Positions 17,821 to 28,340 of a DNA stretch of 64,000 nucleotides are shown one piece after another (the first letter of the stretch is position 1; each line of letters starts with the position of its first letter). This DNA is from a virus: positions 1 through 64,000 of the IMG/VR virus record IMGVR_UViG_3300032267_000592; one strand, written 5' to 3'. A model generated the notes under the pieces. That model did not search any database and was not told the DNA's origin. It saw only the letters and a program-made list of their open reading frames with translations. Position numbers and translations under genes: made by a program.

Positions 17821-18590
17821 AAATAGCAATAGGTATTAATATATTTGGTTCATATAAAAGACAAGACCAGTGTATAAGCGTTTTGAAAAAAATAAAATCA
17901 AAATACACAGATATTGATTTATATAATATAACATTTGAAAATGAAAATAACACGGATTTAGATTTTACACATTTACCTTTATTAAAGAGAAAAGCTAAAG
18001 ATTTAATAAAAGAATCTACTTCAGATAAACCGTTATCAAAAGACTTTTTTGACATATTATCTCAACAAGAATGTGATTATTTTTTATTTTTAAATAGTGA
18101 TATCCTTTTAACTGAAAAAGTTATTAAATTAATATTAAAAGCCGAACACGAAACGTATTCATTTTCTAGACATGATTGTTATACGATAGAAAGTTTAGAT
18201 AAGATTATACCTTTTCGTATAGAAATCGCAGGATTTGATGCATGGGCGGTTAAAAAAGAGTGGTGGTTAAAAAATAACCATAATTTTTGTGATTATATTT
18301 ACGCAGAACATCTATGGGATGTTTCTTTTGCTTTGGAAATGTATAATAAAAGTAACTCATTTATAGGTAATAAAGAAGTTTATATTTGCCACGAAAAACA
18401 CGAATTAAAATGGAATGAAAAATCACCAGAAGCAATTTATAATTCCATGATTTGGGATAAAACCCCATATGCAATAAATTGGCATGAGTTTATTTTTTCA
18501 AATTTAATTAAAAGAAAACCATATGGACAATTTTTAGAACCATTATATAATGAAGATGAATTAGAGAAAAAATTTTTAAAATGCAATTAA
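17817..18590 (+). CDS. Putative GT-A glycosyltransferase
   Basis: Contains DYFLFLNSDILL (DXD-like), GFDAWA, WD and CHEKH, and lies within the GT operon. Confidence 0.6.
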   Translation: MKIAIGINIFGSYKRQDQCISVLKKIKSKYTDIDLYNITFENENNTDLDFTHLPLLKRKAKDLIKESTSDKPLSKDFFDILSQQECDYFLFLNSDILLTEKVIKLILKAEHETYSFSRHDCYTIESLDKIIPFRIEIAGFDAWAVKKEWWLKNNHNFCDYIYAEHLWDVSFALEMYNKSNSFIGNKEVYICHEKHELKWNEKSPEAIYNSMIWDKTPYAINWHEFIFSNLIKRKPYGQFLEPLYNEDELEKKFLKCN

Positions 18591-19240
18591 GTAGTTTTTA
18601 TAGTAAAATCTATATTATTCATTGGAAACCTTTAAAAGAGCGCAAAGAGTATCTTGTTTCAATGTTCAAAAATTTCGGTATAAATCATTTAATCGAATGG
18701 GTTGATCAGTATGAAACGGAAAAAAATTTAATTGAATTTAAAAACCCCTTTAATATTAATAAAAAAGTTTTAGCTATAAACCATTCTCACATTTATTGTT
18801 ATAAACAACAAATACAAAACAATTACAAAAATGTTCTAATATTAGAAGATGACATTGATTTTGAAACAATCAATTTACCATTATATTTAAATCAATGCGC
18901 AGATGAGTTTGTAGAATTGGATGGCGATATTGCATTTTTAAGTTCTTGTTGCGGTATAAAAGTTGAAAACCCAACACCACCAAAATTATTATATTATAAT
19001 GAATCATATATGACCAGATGTATGGGTGCTTACATAACAAATATAAGATGTGCCGAAAAATTAATATCATTGGTGGGTACAAATTTTCATGCTATTGATA
19101 GAATTTTAAATTATATTTTACCACATGTTGATATAAGAGTTTTGTGGTCATCTGTTATATTGAAACAAGGTTCTGAAACTGGAAAATATAAAAGTAGTCT
19201 TGTGGAAATAAGAGATAAATTTGGTAATTATGTCAATTAA
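18581..19240 (+). CDS. GT25-family glycosyltransferase
   Basis: Motifs IYIIHW..LKERK, SHIYCY, VLILEDD, GAYI and AID. Confidence 0.8.
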   Translation: MQLSSFYSKIYIIHWKPLKERKEYLVSMFKNFGINHLIEWVDQYETEKNLIEFKNPFNINKKVLAINHSHIYCYKQQIQNNYKNVLILEDDIDFETINLPLYLNQCADEFVELDGDIAFLSSCCGIKVENPTPPKLLYYNESYMTRCMGAYITNIRCAEKLISLVGTNFHAIDRILNYILPHVDIRVLWSSVILKQGSETGKYKSSLVEIRDKFGNYVN

Positions 19241-19243
19241 AAT

Positions 19244-19945
19244 ATGAAATTATATACAGTATTTACAGAATCGCATTATGATATGTTTAAAGATTATTTT
19301 ATCAAATCTTTTCCATTTGACGTTGATTTAGAACTTGTAGTAAAATTTAAACCACAGGTATGCCCCACTTCAGAATTTCACAGTCAAGGTTGGCGAGATA
19401 CAATGCAGTATAAGGTTCAATGTTTTATCGATGCTGCTTACGAAACAAAAGACGGAGAATGTTTCATGTTTTCCGATCCTGATATTCAATTTTTTAAAAC
19501 TTTTAGCAGCGATGTGTTAAAATACATTGAAGGTTGTGATGCTGCTTTTCAAAATGATTATGGGGGTGGTGTTAATACTGGGTTTTTTATAATGAGATCT
19601 ACTTCAAAAACTAGAGCTTTTTTAAAAACAGTTCAAGGCAATTTACACAATTTTCCAGAAGAACAAGTTTGTTTTAACGCATTAATGAGAAATTTCAATA
19701 ATCCACAGTATGATAAAATTGCATATAGATGGAGATTTTTACCAAAAGAGTATTGGACATATGGAGAACTTGCATGGCAAAGAATAACACCAAACAATTC
19801 ATCCGGAACTTGGCAAGGACTTGAGGATTTCAATATACCGGAAAATATAATAATTCATCATGCAAATTGGACATCATCGTTTAAGAATAAAATAAAACTA
19901 TTAGATGTAGTTAAACAAAAATATGATAAACTTAAAACAATTTAA
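19244..19945 (+). CDS. Nucleotide-diphospho-sugar transferase (GT77-like)
   Basis: Motifs FMFSDPDIQF, FQND, VNTGFFIMRS, EQVCFN and IHHANW...KIKLL. Confidence 0.75.
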   Translation: MKLYTVFTESHYDMFKDYFIKSFPFDVDLELVVKFKPQVCPTSEFHSQGWRDTMQYKVQCFIDAAYETKDGECFMFSDPDIQFFKTFSSDVLKYIEGCDAAFQNDYGGGVNTGFFIMRSTSKTRAFLKTVQGNLHNFPEEQVCFNALMRNFNNPQYDKIAYRWRFLPKEYWTYGELAWQRITPNNSSGTWQGLEDFNIPENIIIHHANWTSSFKNKIKLLDVVKQKYDKLKTI

Positions 19946-20807
19946 TCAATTCATCTTAGAGGTGGATCAACCCGCATATCCACCATACCACGAAGGAAAA
20001 TATCTCGAAAGATATTTTATTGATTTTTATAAAGAGAAAAGAAGTGAAATAGATCAAACTGGTTATCATTTTTTACCAGTATGTTGGACTGATTTATACC
20101 TTTATAGATATGATCTTTTAAATCAATTACAAAATGTTTTAGATTCATTGGATCCAAATTTAAAGTATTTTACAGTATCACAGCACGATGATGCTCCTTT
20201 TCAAAAATTACCCGAAAATACTTTAAAATTCTCTGCTGGGGGGAATCAACCAAATTGCATACCAATACCTTTAATCTGTAGTGGTATCAAAAACATAGAA
20301 AAAAAAGAAAAAGATATATTTTGTAGTTTTGTTGGTAGCGTTTGCCAAAGTATACCAGGACCCGGTAAAATTGCATATGATTTAAGAATGAATATGTTAG
20401 AATGTTTAGTAAATAAACCCAATTATGTCTTAAAACCAAGACAATGGTCATCAAAAATAGAAAACGATAGACAGGATTTGTTTTTAGATATTACCAGTAG
20501 AAGTAAATTTACATTATGCCCTCGTGGATATGGGGGTACCAGCTTCAGACTTTATGAAACAATGCAATTAGGGTCAATACCAGTTTACATTTATCACGAA
20601 ACCCCATATGTTCCATTTTCGAATCAATTAGATTGGAATAAATTAGCAGTTTTGGTAAACTCTAATGATATGTCAAAGATAGATGATATTTTAAATGATA
20701 TATCTGATGAAAAATATAACGAAATGTTGGATTATACACAATCAATATATTCAAAATATTTTACTTTGGATGGAATGTGTGATAATATATTGAAATATTT
20801 AAAATGA
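19923..20807 (+). CDS. Exostosin-family (GT47-like) glycosyltransferase
   Basis: Motifs KDIFCSFVGS, SKFTLCPRGYGGTSFRLYETMQLGSIPVYI and PFSNQLDW. Confidence 0.85.
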   Translation: MINLKQFNQFILEVDQPAYPPYHEGKYLERYFIDFYKEKRSEIDQTGYHFLPVCWTDLYLYRYDLLNQLQNVLDSLDPNLKYFTVSQHDDAPFQKLPENTLKFSAGGNQPNCIPIPLICSGIKNIEKKEKDIFCSFVGSVCQSIPGPGKIAYDLRMNMLECLVNKPNYVLKPRQWSSKIENDRQDLFLDITSRSKFTLCPRGYGGTSFRLYETMQLGSIPVYIYHETPYVPFSNQLDWNKLAVLVNSNDMSKIDDILNDISDEKYNEMLDYTQSIYSKYFTLDGMCDNILKYLK

Positions 20808-21472
20808 ACGGTTTAAATGTTGATAAAATTTATGTTTGTCATTGGGATAAACTAATAGATAGAAAAGAATACATCATAAACCATTTAAATAAAAAAGGTA
20901 TTCGTGATTTTGAATTTATTGAATCTTATAATAAAGAAAATTGGAATATAGATGATATAAAAAAAGAATATCCTGTAATTTTTAACAGTTTTGCACACAA
21001 TTCTTTTGGATTAACTAATATACCATTAAAATATTCCGAAATATCATTAGTGTTAAAACATTGTCAAATTATAAAAGATATAGTTGATAAAAAATACAAT
21101 TGTTGTTTAATTTTTGAAGACGATGCTCTCTTACATAACGATTTTATCAATCAATTTAATCTATATAAACAACAATTACCACAAGACTGGGACTTAGCAT
21201 GGGTTGGATCATGTTGCGGACTGAATGCGCCATACACCGAAGGAAAGAACGTATATGAAATGGATGGCACCAGATGCACACATGCGTATGCAATCAGTTA
21301 TAGTGGCGCATGTAAAATATATCCAATACTTAATACTACAAATGATGCTGCCGATTGGTTTTTAAACCGAGTAATCAAACAATTATCATTAAAAAATTAT
21401 TGGTTTGAACCTCCATTAGCATTTCCAAATGGTAGATTTGAAACTACAATAGCTAATAATATATTTAACTGA
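20804..21472 (+). CDS. GT25-family glycosyltransferase
   Basis: Motifs IYVCHW..LIDRK, EISLVLKH, LIFEDDA, LPQDWD, CTHAYAIS and AADW. It is a paralogue of 18581..19240. Confidence 0.85.
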   Translation: MNGLNVDKIYVCHWDKLIDRKEYIINHLNKKGIRDFEFIESYNKENWNIDDIKKEYPVIFNSFAHNSFGLTNIPLKYSEISLVLKHCQIIKDIVDKKYNCCLIFEDDALLHNDFINQFNLYKQQLPQDWDLAWVGSCCGLNAPYTEGKNVYEMDGTRCTHAYAISYSGACKIYPILNTTNDAADWFLNRVIKQLSLKNYWFEPPLAFPNGRFETTIANNIFN

Positions 21473-22197
21473 TGAAAATATTTTTTAATTATGCGGATTT
21501 AAACCCCAAACACATAGAAAGTCAAAAATGCAATGCACAAATAGCAAGACAATTCAATATTTTTGATGAGGTATATGAATTAAATAAAAATAAAATAGAT
21601 ATAAATTTTTATAAACAATATTCACATATACTGAACCAACCCAGAGGAGCTGGATTTTGGTTATGGAAACCATATTTTATTAATGAATTTTTAAATCAAT
21701 CTAATGAAAATGACATAATCGTTTATGCGGATTCTTCCATTAGAATTGATAAAGATATAACTCCATTATTTGAAATACTGGAAGAAACTCAAGGTATATT
21801 GACATTTATATCATCTTTGGGGGATGAAAATTTCAATCCCGAAAAAACACATACAAAAAAAGATATATTCGTAAAAATGGGGTGTGATAATGATTATTAT
21901 TATAATGGAAAATATAACTGTCAATTTAATGGAGCATTCATAATAATAAAAAACAATAATTTTAGTAAAAATTTTGTTAAAGAATGGCTTGAACTTTCGT
22001 GTGATGAGCAATTGTTAACAGATTTACCAAGTAATAATAAAAATTATTTAGAATTTAAAGATAATCGACACGATCAATCTATATTATCATTACTTTCAAA
22101 GAAAAACGATTTATACCCTTACCCAGACCCAACACAATGGGGAAATGATTATAGGGGTAATTCTAAAGTTATACAGTTTTTATCACATCTACGATGA
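21472..22197 (+). CDS. Putative GT-A glycosyltransferase (RGAGFWLWKP-type)
   Basis: Motifs RGAGFWLWKPYFI, IVYADS, FVKEWL and RHDQSILSLL. Confidence 0.6.
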   Translation: MKIFFNYADLNPKHIESQKCNAQIARQFNIFDEVYELNKNKIDINFYKQYSHILNQPRGAGFWLWKPYFINEFLNQSNENDIIVYADSSIRIDKDITPLFEILEETQGILTFISSLGDENFNPEKTHTKKDIFVKMGCDNDYYYNGKYNCQFNGAFIIIKNNNFSKNFVKEWLELSCDEQLLTDLPSNNKNYLEFKDNRHDQSILSLLSKKNDLYPYPDPTQWGNDYRGNSKVIQFLSHLR

Positions 22198-23030
22198 ATA
22201 TTGCATTTTTAGATTTTTGGGGATCTTTTGATCCAAATAATAATTTTTTTATTTATTTATTTAGACAAATTAAAGATAATGTTATTATAACAGATGCTTC
22301 TAATGCCGATGTGATCATATTTTCATGTTTTGGTGATTCAAATAAAAGATACAATCACTGTAAAAAGGTTTTTTTTACTGGAGAAAATATAAGACCTGAT
22401 TTTAATTATTGTAATTATTCTTTAACTTTTGATTTTGACGAATATGGTGGGAGAAATATAAGATTACCACTTTGGTTGTTATATATAGATTGGTTCAATG
22501 TCAAAGGTTATGGAGATCCAAAAACTTTAATACCCTTAAGTTTTATAAACAAATACATAAAGAAAGAGAAAACAAAATTCTGCGCTTCGGTTTTCAGTAA
22601 GCCTATAAGTTTAAGATTTGACGCAATAAACAAAATACAATCTTACAAATCAGTTGATTGTTATGGCAAAATACATCAAAACCATTTACCCGATGGCGAA
22701 GATGTAAAACTTGATATTTTATCAAATTATAAATTTAGTATTTGTTTTGAAAATAGCGCATATCCGGGATATTTTACCGAAAAAATACTCCATGCTAAAA
22801 TAGCTGGTAATATCCCATTATATTATTCGGATAAAAGTTTTTCACAAGATTTTAATGAAAATTGTTGTTTAAATTTAATAAATTATAAAAATTTAGATCA
22901 TTTTTTAGATCATATTAAACAAATTGATAACGATGATCAAAAATATCTTAACATTTTAAACGAACCATTGTTTAAAAATGAAATAAATTTAAATGATATA
23001 AAAGACAAAATACAAAATATACTATTTTGA
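22194..23030 (+). CDS. GT10 alpha-1,3/4-fucosyltransferase-like protein
   Basis: Motifs FFTGENIRPDF, RLPLW, and the GT10 signature YKFSICFENS..PGYFTEKI..A..AGNIPLY. Confidence 0.88.
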   Translation: MNIAFLDFWGSFDPNNNFFIYLFRQIKDNVIITDASNADVIIFSCFGDSNKRYNHCKKVFFTGENIRPDFNYCNYSLTFDFDEYGGRNIRLPLWLLYIDWFNVKGYGDPKTLIPLSFINKYIKKEKTKFCASVFSKPISLRFDAINKIQSYKSVDCYGKIHQNHLPDGEDVKLDILSNYKFSICFENSAYPGYFTEKILHAKIAGNIPLYYSDKSFSQDFNENCCLNLINYKNLDHFLDHIKQIDNDDQKYLNILNEPLFKNEINLNDIKDKIQNILF

Positions 23031-23570
23031 TATTTTTATTACAAAAGATTGACATCCATCCATAGCTAATCCAATAAGTTTTTGATTATACTGTTCACAG
23101 AATCTACTAACTGCGGAAGTAACCCCATGACAACTGCCATAATCATGTCCCATTAATAAACCACCATTTTTAATACGGTCTAATGATAAAATTAAATCAG
23201 TATAGACCACTTCTTCGGTGTGATCTCCATCAATATATATAGCATCGAAGTAATCATTATACCAATTTTTTAAAAAATTAGCAGAATCCATTCTTATAAG
23301 GTGTATGTTTGGTTTATCCATTGCTTGTTTATATAAAGAAATATAAACAGATTCCATACTTTCGACTATTAAATGGTTATTGCCATCTTTATCACCGGAA
23401 CCATACTCACCCCGCCATATATCAACAAAAAACAAATTGTTAAATTTTGTTTTTTTAATAATTTCCTTTGAAAAATCACCCTTAAACACCCCAATTTCTA
23501 ATATATTTGAATTTTCTGGAATTAAATTTAATAATTCGCTTCTTGTTTTATAATATTGAATGTCGCTCAT
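23022..23570 (-). CDS. Class I SAM-dependent methyltransferase (Methyltransf_24-like)
   Basis: Motifs ILEIGVFKGDFS, VDIW, FDAIYIDGDH and GGLLMGHDY. Confidence 0.88.
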   Translation of the reverse strand: MSDIQYYKTRSELLNLIPENSNILEIGVFKGDFSKEIIKKTKFNNLFFVDIWRGEYGSGDKDGNNHLIVESMESVYISLYKQAMDKPNIHLIRMDSANFLKNWYNDYFDAIYIDGDHTEEVVYTDLILSLDRIKNGGLLMGHDYGSCHGVTSAVSRFCEQYNQKLIGLAMDGCQSFVIKISK

Positions 23571-23575
23571 ATTGT

Positions 23576-23632
23576 TTATTTAATATTTTTTTTAAAATGT
23601 CAATTGATATGTTGTTTTTATATGGTATATAT
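23576..23632. promoter_or_regulatory. Divergent promoter pair with back-to-back -35 boxes
   Basis: tgtcaa (23598-23603, TTGACA on the minus strand) abuts ttgata (23604-23609, plus strand), which is followed 16 bp later by tatata. The pair lies between divergent genes. Confidence 0.45.
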
Positions 23633-23644
23633 TATTAATATAAA

Positions 23645-24355
23645 ATGATACCTAAAAAAATATATCAAACTTGGGAAACCAAAGATATACCCGATAAAAT
23701 ACAACAAAAAATAAATGAGATGATGGAAGTAAATCCGGAGTATTCTCATGAATTATATGATGATTCGGATAGATTTTTCTTCATTAAAGAAAACTATGGA
23801 AAACAAGTAAGTGATGCTTATGAAAGTTTAAATTTAGGTGTAGCTAAAGCTGATTTGTGGAGGTATGCAATTTTATATAAAAATGGAGGTATATATTTGG
23901 ATTTAGATTCTCAAATATATTCAAATTTAAATTCTCTTATAGATGAAAATGATAAAGCTATCATTTCGAGAGAAGGAAATCCTAATACTTTTGTACAATG
24001 GTGTTTGATGTTTGATAAAAATCATCCAATTTTAGAAAATACTCTTAAAAGATGTATATATAATATTTTAAATAAAACTACCGAAAATATATTTAGATTA
24101 ACTGGTCCAGCTTTATTTTCAGATTCAATTAGAGAGGTATTAGCCCCATTAAACTTAGATATTTATAATACAAGTGATTTAATTATTAATGAAAAGATGA
24201 ATAATGAAAATTTCTCTAAATTTAAAACTAAATTTTATTCGGTAGATTATAAAAATTATTGTAACTTTAAACATGAATATAATGAAGAATTGTACAAATT
24301 TAAACCACATTGGAAAATAGAACAACAGAATACAAGTGTTTTTAAAATAATATGA
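23645..24355 (+). CDS. GT32 (Och1/SUR1-like DXD) glycosyltransferase
   Basis: Motifs MIPKKIYQTW, NPEY, KADLWRYAILYKNGGIYLDLD and TGP. Confidence 0.9.
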   Translation: MIPKKIYQTWETKDIPDKIQQKINEMMEVNPEYSHELYDDSDRFFFIKENYGKQVSDAYESLNLGVAKADLWRYAILYKNGGIYLDLDSQIYSNLNSLIDENDKAIISREGNPNTFVQWCLMFDKNHPILENTLKRCIYNILNKTTENIFRLTGPALFSDSIREVLAPLNLDIYNTSDLIINEKMNNENFSKFKTKFYSVDYKNYCNFKHEYNEELYKFKPHWKIEQQNTSVFKII

Positions 24356-25305
24356 AAATAGCATATCATGACAACATCTTATCATTAAGAGGAACTACAG
24401 TTGCATTATATGATTATGCATATTATTGTAAAAAATTTCTAAACATAGAAGGTGTTATTTTATATAATAAAACATACAATGAAAATAATATCGACGTATA
24501 TAATAAATTTAAAAATAATGGATTTAATTTATTTTCATATGAAAATAAATCTGAAATAGATAAAATTTTAGAATCTGAAAAATGTGATTCTTTATTTGCT
24601 ATAAAAGCTGGATCATATGATGGTGTAATATCTAAAAATTATAAAAATTTAATTATGGGAGTCGGGATATGCAATCATCATCATATACACGGAGATAAAT
24701 TTGCAGTATGCTCAGAGTGGCTTTCTAAAATGTCTAACAATCAAATACCATGCGTTCCCCATATGATATCTTTACCAGAAAATAACGAAGATCTTAGAAG
24801 TGAATTAAACATACCAAAAGATGATTTTGTTTATGGTAGAAATGGTGGTAGAGATACTTTTGATATATCTTTTGTAAAAGAAGAAATAATAGATCTTATT
24901 AATAAAAATAAAAATGTATGGTTTTTATTTCAAAATACAGATGTATTTTATAATCACGAAAGAATAATATATCTAAACCCATCAGCTGATTTAGAATATA
25001 AAGTTAAATTTATTAACACTTGTGATGCTATGTTACATGCTAGATATACCGGAGAGTCTTTTGGTATTTCATGTGGAGAATTTTCAAGTAAAAATAAACC
25101 AGTTATAACTTTTATGCATTCTCCGGAACAAAGTCACGTAGAAATATTAAAAGATAAAGGAATTTACTATTCAAATAAAGAAAATATAAGAGATATATTT
25201 AATAATTTAGATAAAAATTTTATTAATTCAAAAAATTGGAATGCTTATGAGGATTATACCCCAGATAAAGTAATATCTCGCTTTGAAAACTTTTACTTAA
25301 AATGA
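24352..25305 (+). CDS. GT-B fold (GT4-like) glycosyltransferase
   Basis: Motifs RGTTVALYDYA, LRSELNIP, YGRNGG and CDAMLHAR..GESFGISCGEFS..NKPVIT. Confidence 0.8.
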   Translation: MKIAYHDNILSLRGTTVALYDYAYYCKKFLNIEGVILYNKTYNENNIDVYNKFKNNGFNLFSYENKSEIDKILESEKCDSLFAIKAGSYDGVISKNYKNLIMGVGICNHHHIHGDKFAVCSEWLSKMSNNQIPCVPHMISLPENNEDLRSELNIPKDDFVYGRNGGRDTFDISFVKEEIIDLINKNKNVWFLFQNTDVFYNHERIIYLNPSADLEYKVKFINTCDAMLHARYTGESFGISCGEFSSKNKPVITFMHSPEQSHVEILKDKGIYYSNKENIRDIFNNLDKNFINSKNWNAYEDYTPDKVISRFENFYLK

Positions 25306-25979
25306 AAATAGCAGTTTGTTTATCTGGACAACCAAGACATTTAGATTTAGGTATAAAAAATATATTAGATGTATTTTCACAATATAATGTAGATTATTTT
25401 GTTCATACGTGGTGGGATGACAATTTTAAAAACCAAAAAAGTAATATTAATGGCGGTAGAAGTTTTGTTTGGAAGGAAAATTCTTTAGAAAAAATAATGA
25501 ATAAACTATCTCCTAAATTATTATATCATGAAGTTCCAAAAATATTTGAAACGTATGGTGGCGTTAATTACGAAACATTAACACCAAATTCGGTGCATAG
25601 TATGTTTTATTCTATAAAAATAGCAAACGAATTAAAAAAAACACATGAAAAATTTAACAATTTTGTTTATGATATTGTTATTAGATGTAGATTTGATATT
25701 GAATTTCATTCTTTTAATTTAAATTTAAAAGAATTAGATTATAGTAAAATATATACATATCACACCGGAATAGAACAATTACCAAACGATCAATTTGCAA
25801 TATCTAATTCTAGTAATATGGATTATTATTCTCAGTTATATGATAATTTAAAATGTTATTATGACGAAGGATTTACTGGATTTATAGGGGAAAGATTATT
25901 AAATTATCATTTAAGAAAAAAAAATTTAACTAAGTTTACAAACGATAACGAGCTAATAAATAATATTATAAAAATATGA
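25302..25979 (+). CDS. Putative glycosyl/phosphotransferase of the MK(I/V)AxCxxGxPR family, paralogue 1
   Basis: Motifs MKIAVCLSGQPR, DYFVHTW, SMFYS, YDIVIRCRFD, NDQFA and GERLL. Confidence 0.6.
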   Translation: MKIAVCLSGQPRHLDLGIKNILDVFSQYNVDYFVHTWWDDNFKNQKSNINGGRSFVWKENSLEKIMNKLSPKLLYHEVPKIFETYGGVNYETLTPNSVHSMFYSIKIANELKKTHEKFNNFVYDIVIRCRFDIEFHSFNLNLKELDYSKIYTYHTGIEQLPNDQFAISNSSNMDYYSQLYDNLKCYYDEGFTGFIGERLLNYHLRKKNLTKFTNDNELINNIIKI

Positions 25980-26536
25980 ATATGATAGATTATAAAACAT
26001 TAATACCAAAAGAAGAAATTGTAATAGTTCAAATAGGATCACATGATGGAATTGTAGGAGAAGAATATGGACTACAAGAAATATTAGATAATCATTCAAA
26101 TTTTAAATTATTTTTAATTGAACCTATTCCTCAATTTTTTAATAATCTTACTAATGTATATGGTAAATATGGTGAAAAAATTACATATTGCAATTTTGCA
26201 ATAACAGATATTAACGGTAAAACCAGAATGGTCGAACAGGGGGGAATGTCAAGAATAGATCATAATTATGGAAGTTTAGAAGTTAATTCTTTAGATTGGG
26301 ATACTTTTTTAAATTTATATAACATAAAAAATATCGATTTACTATTAATCGACTGTGAAGGATATGAATTTAATATATTACAACAGATTAATTATGATAA
26401 ATGCAGACCAAAAGTAATACGTTATGAGTATATGCATATTGGTGATAAAGAAGGATGTGATAATTTTATCACGTCCAAAAACTATAATATAGATTATTGT
26501 ATACACGATCATACGTATAATAAAATAGCATATTAG
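25976..26536 (+). CDS. FkbM-family methyltransferase
   Basis: Motifs VQIGSHDG, LIEP, NFAI, IDLLLIDCEGYE and RPKVIRYE. Confidence 0.85.
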   Translation: MNMIDYKTLIPKEEIVIVQIGSHDGIVGEEYGLQEILDNHSNFKLFLIEPIPQFFNNLTNVYGKYGEKITYCNFAITDINGKTRMVEQGGMSRIDHNYGSLEVNSLDWDTFLNLYNIKNIDLLLIDCEGYEFNILQQINYDKCRPKVIRYEYMHIGDKEGCDNFITSKNYNIDYCIHDHTYNKIAY

Positions 26537-26539
26537 TTC

Positions 26540-27262
26540 ATGAAAGTTGCTCTTTGTTTTTATGGTCAACCTAGATTTATAAATAACTTAAATTCTTATA
26601 AATCATATAAAGAATATATATACGGGCAAAGCGACGTAGACGTATTTTCACATTATTGGTTCGATCAAAATGATAATAAGTTTTCAACTTCCGATTGGAG
26701 CAGCATTCACGAAAATTATGTATATGAAGATACTGAAAATTTAATTAAATCTTTATATAACCCAGTAAAGTATATCGCAGACTCAAGAAATTTTTTAAAA
26801 TACGAAGATGTAAAAGATATAGTTAAAAATTTAAATTATTTTAGTGTAAATAATTTTTATAATTTACAATCTCATTTATATTCTTACGAACAAAATTTTA
26901 AATTATTATCACAACACATAGAAAATACTAAACAAAAATATGATTTTGTAATAATAAGTAGATATGATTTAAAAATAACAGACTTTCCAAATCTTAATAC
27001 ATTATCTAAAAATAAAGTATATGTAAATGGGTTTGGTGGAAATAATTTCACCGACGCTATTCTTATTTTAGATCCCATTTTTATAAACAGTTTTAATGCA
27101 TATTCTAAATTTAGAGAGATATCTAATATAACTCCAATTTTTACGTCTGAAGAATACAAAAAACAATGTTTTTTATTAACTAATTCTATTGAGGATTTTT
27201 CTTTTATAAAATTAAGAGGAGGATTACTACGAAATCAAACTGATACCGTTGGACAATTTTAA
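26540..27262 (+). CDS. MK(I/V)AxCxxGxPR family putative transferase, paralogue 2
   Basis: Motifs MKVALCFYGQPR, DVFSHYW, LYNP, SHLYS and YDFVIISRYD. Confidence 0.6.
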   Translation: MKVALCFYGQPRFINNLNSYKSYKEYIYGQSDVDVFSHYWFDQNDNKFSTSDWSSIHENYVYEDTENLIKSLYNPVKYIADSRNFLKYEDVKDIVKNLNYFSVNNFYNLQSHLYSYEQNFKLLSQHIENTKQKYDFVIISRYDLKITDFPNLNTLSKNKVYVNGFGGNNFTDAILILDPIFINSFNAYSKFREISNITPIFTSEEYKKQCFLLTNSIEDFSFIKLRGGLLRNQTDTVGQF

Positions 27263-27265
27263 AAT

Positions 27266-28336
27266 ATGAGTTTATTCAGTTTAAATAAAATACCAGTATT
27301 GTTATCAAGCACATTTGATTGTAAAGATAACGATATATACTACGATTTTGATTTAGATATAGATGAAAATACGGGTGTTATCTTCCAAAAAAATATACCA
27401 CCACAAAATATTTTGTATAAAAATGCTAGAAATTCAGGAATGGGTAAAGTTTGGGATGAACATTATAATTGTTTTTATAATTTTATTATAAAAAATATAA
27501 ATTTAAAAAATAAAAACATATGCGAAATAGGTTCGGGGAATGGAGTTTTAGCAAAAAAAATATCTAATCATTATAAAATAACTTGTTATGAACCATCTCC
27601 ATGTTTTGAATTTAATAATAATTTAATTTTAAAAAAACAATTTTTTAATAAAAATATTACAGAAAAGTATGATATTATAATTTCTTCTCATACATTAGAA
27701 CATATGGAAAATGTAAATCAATTTTTAATAGATATACATAACAATTTAAATGAAAATGGTTTTATTATTATGTCATTTCCTAATTTTGAAATTGGGTTAA
27801 TTAAAAATTTTATAAACATTTTTAATACGGAACATATTTCTTATTTTACACCAGATTCAGCTAAGAGAATTTTTAATAAAAATTATTATCAAAATTGCAT
27901 TCTTGAAGAATATAAAGATCATAGTTTATTCATAATAGGCCAAAAAAATAATAAAAATAATTTTGAAATTAATGAAATTGATATTAAAAAAATTAAAAAT
28001 TTAATTCAAAATTATGAATTTAATATTTTTAATAAAGTTAATAAAGCAATTCAAATTATTAATCAAAGAGATAAAAATTTGCCATTATATATTTTTGGAT
28101 GTCACGCCATGACATCTATATTTCTACATATATCAAAAATTAATCATTCGACATTTAATTGTATATTGGATAATGATCCATTAAAAACTAATTCTAGATT
28201 ATACGGAACCGATTTAAAATGCAAATTACCTAAAGATGTACCTATTGGATATGTTTTATTGAATGGTGCAGCATATCACGATGAAATTAAAAATAAACTA
28301 ATTAACGATGGATTTAAAATTTTAGAATGGATTTAA
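27266..28336 (+). CDS. Class I SAM methyltransferase resembling NDP-hexose C-methyltransferases
   Basis: Motifs ICEIGSGNG, YEPS, YDIIISSHTLEH, FPN and EHISYF, plus a C-terminal domain with YIFG..LDNDP.K...LYG. Confidence 0.75.
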   Translation: MSLFSLNKIPVLLSSTFDCKDNDIYYDFDLDIDENTGVIFQKNIPPQNILYKNARNSGMGKVWDEHYNCFYNFIIKNINLKNKNICEIGSGNGVLAKKISNHYKITCYEPSPCFEFNNNLILKKQFFNKNITEKYDIIISSHTLEHMENVNQFLIDIHNNLNENGFIIMSFPNFEIGLIKNFINIFNTEHISYFTPDSAKRIFNKNYYQNCILEEYKDHSLFIIGQKNNKNNFEINEIDIKKIKNLIQNYEFNIFNKVNKAIQIINQRDKNLPLYIFGCHAMTSIFLHISKINHSTFNCILDNDPLKTNSRLYGTDLKCKLPKDVPIGYVLLNGAAYHDEIKNKLINDGFKILEWI

Positions 28337-28340
28337 AACA

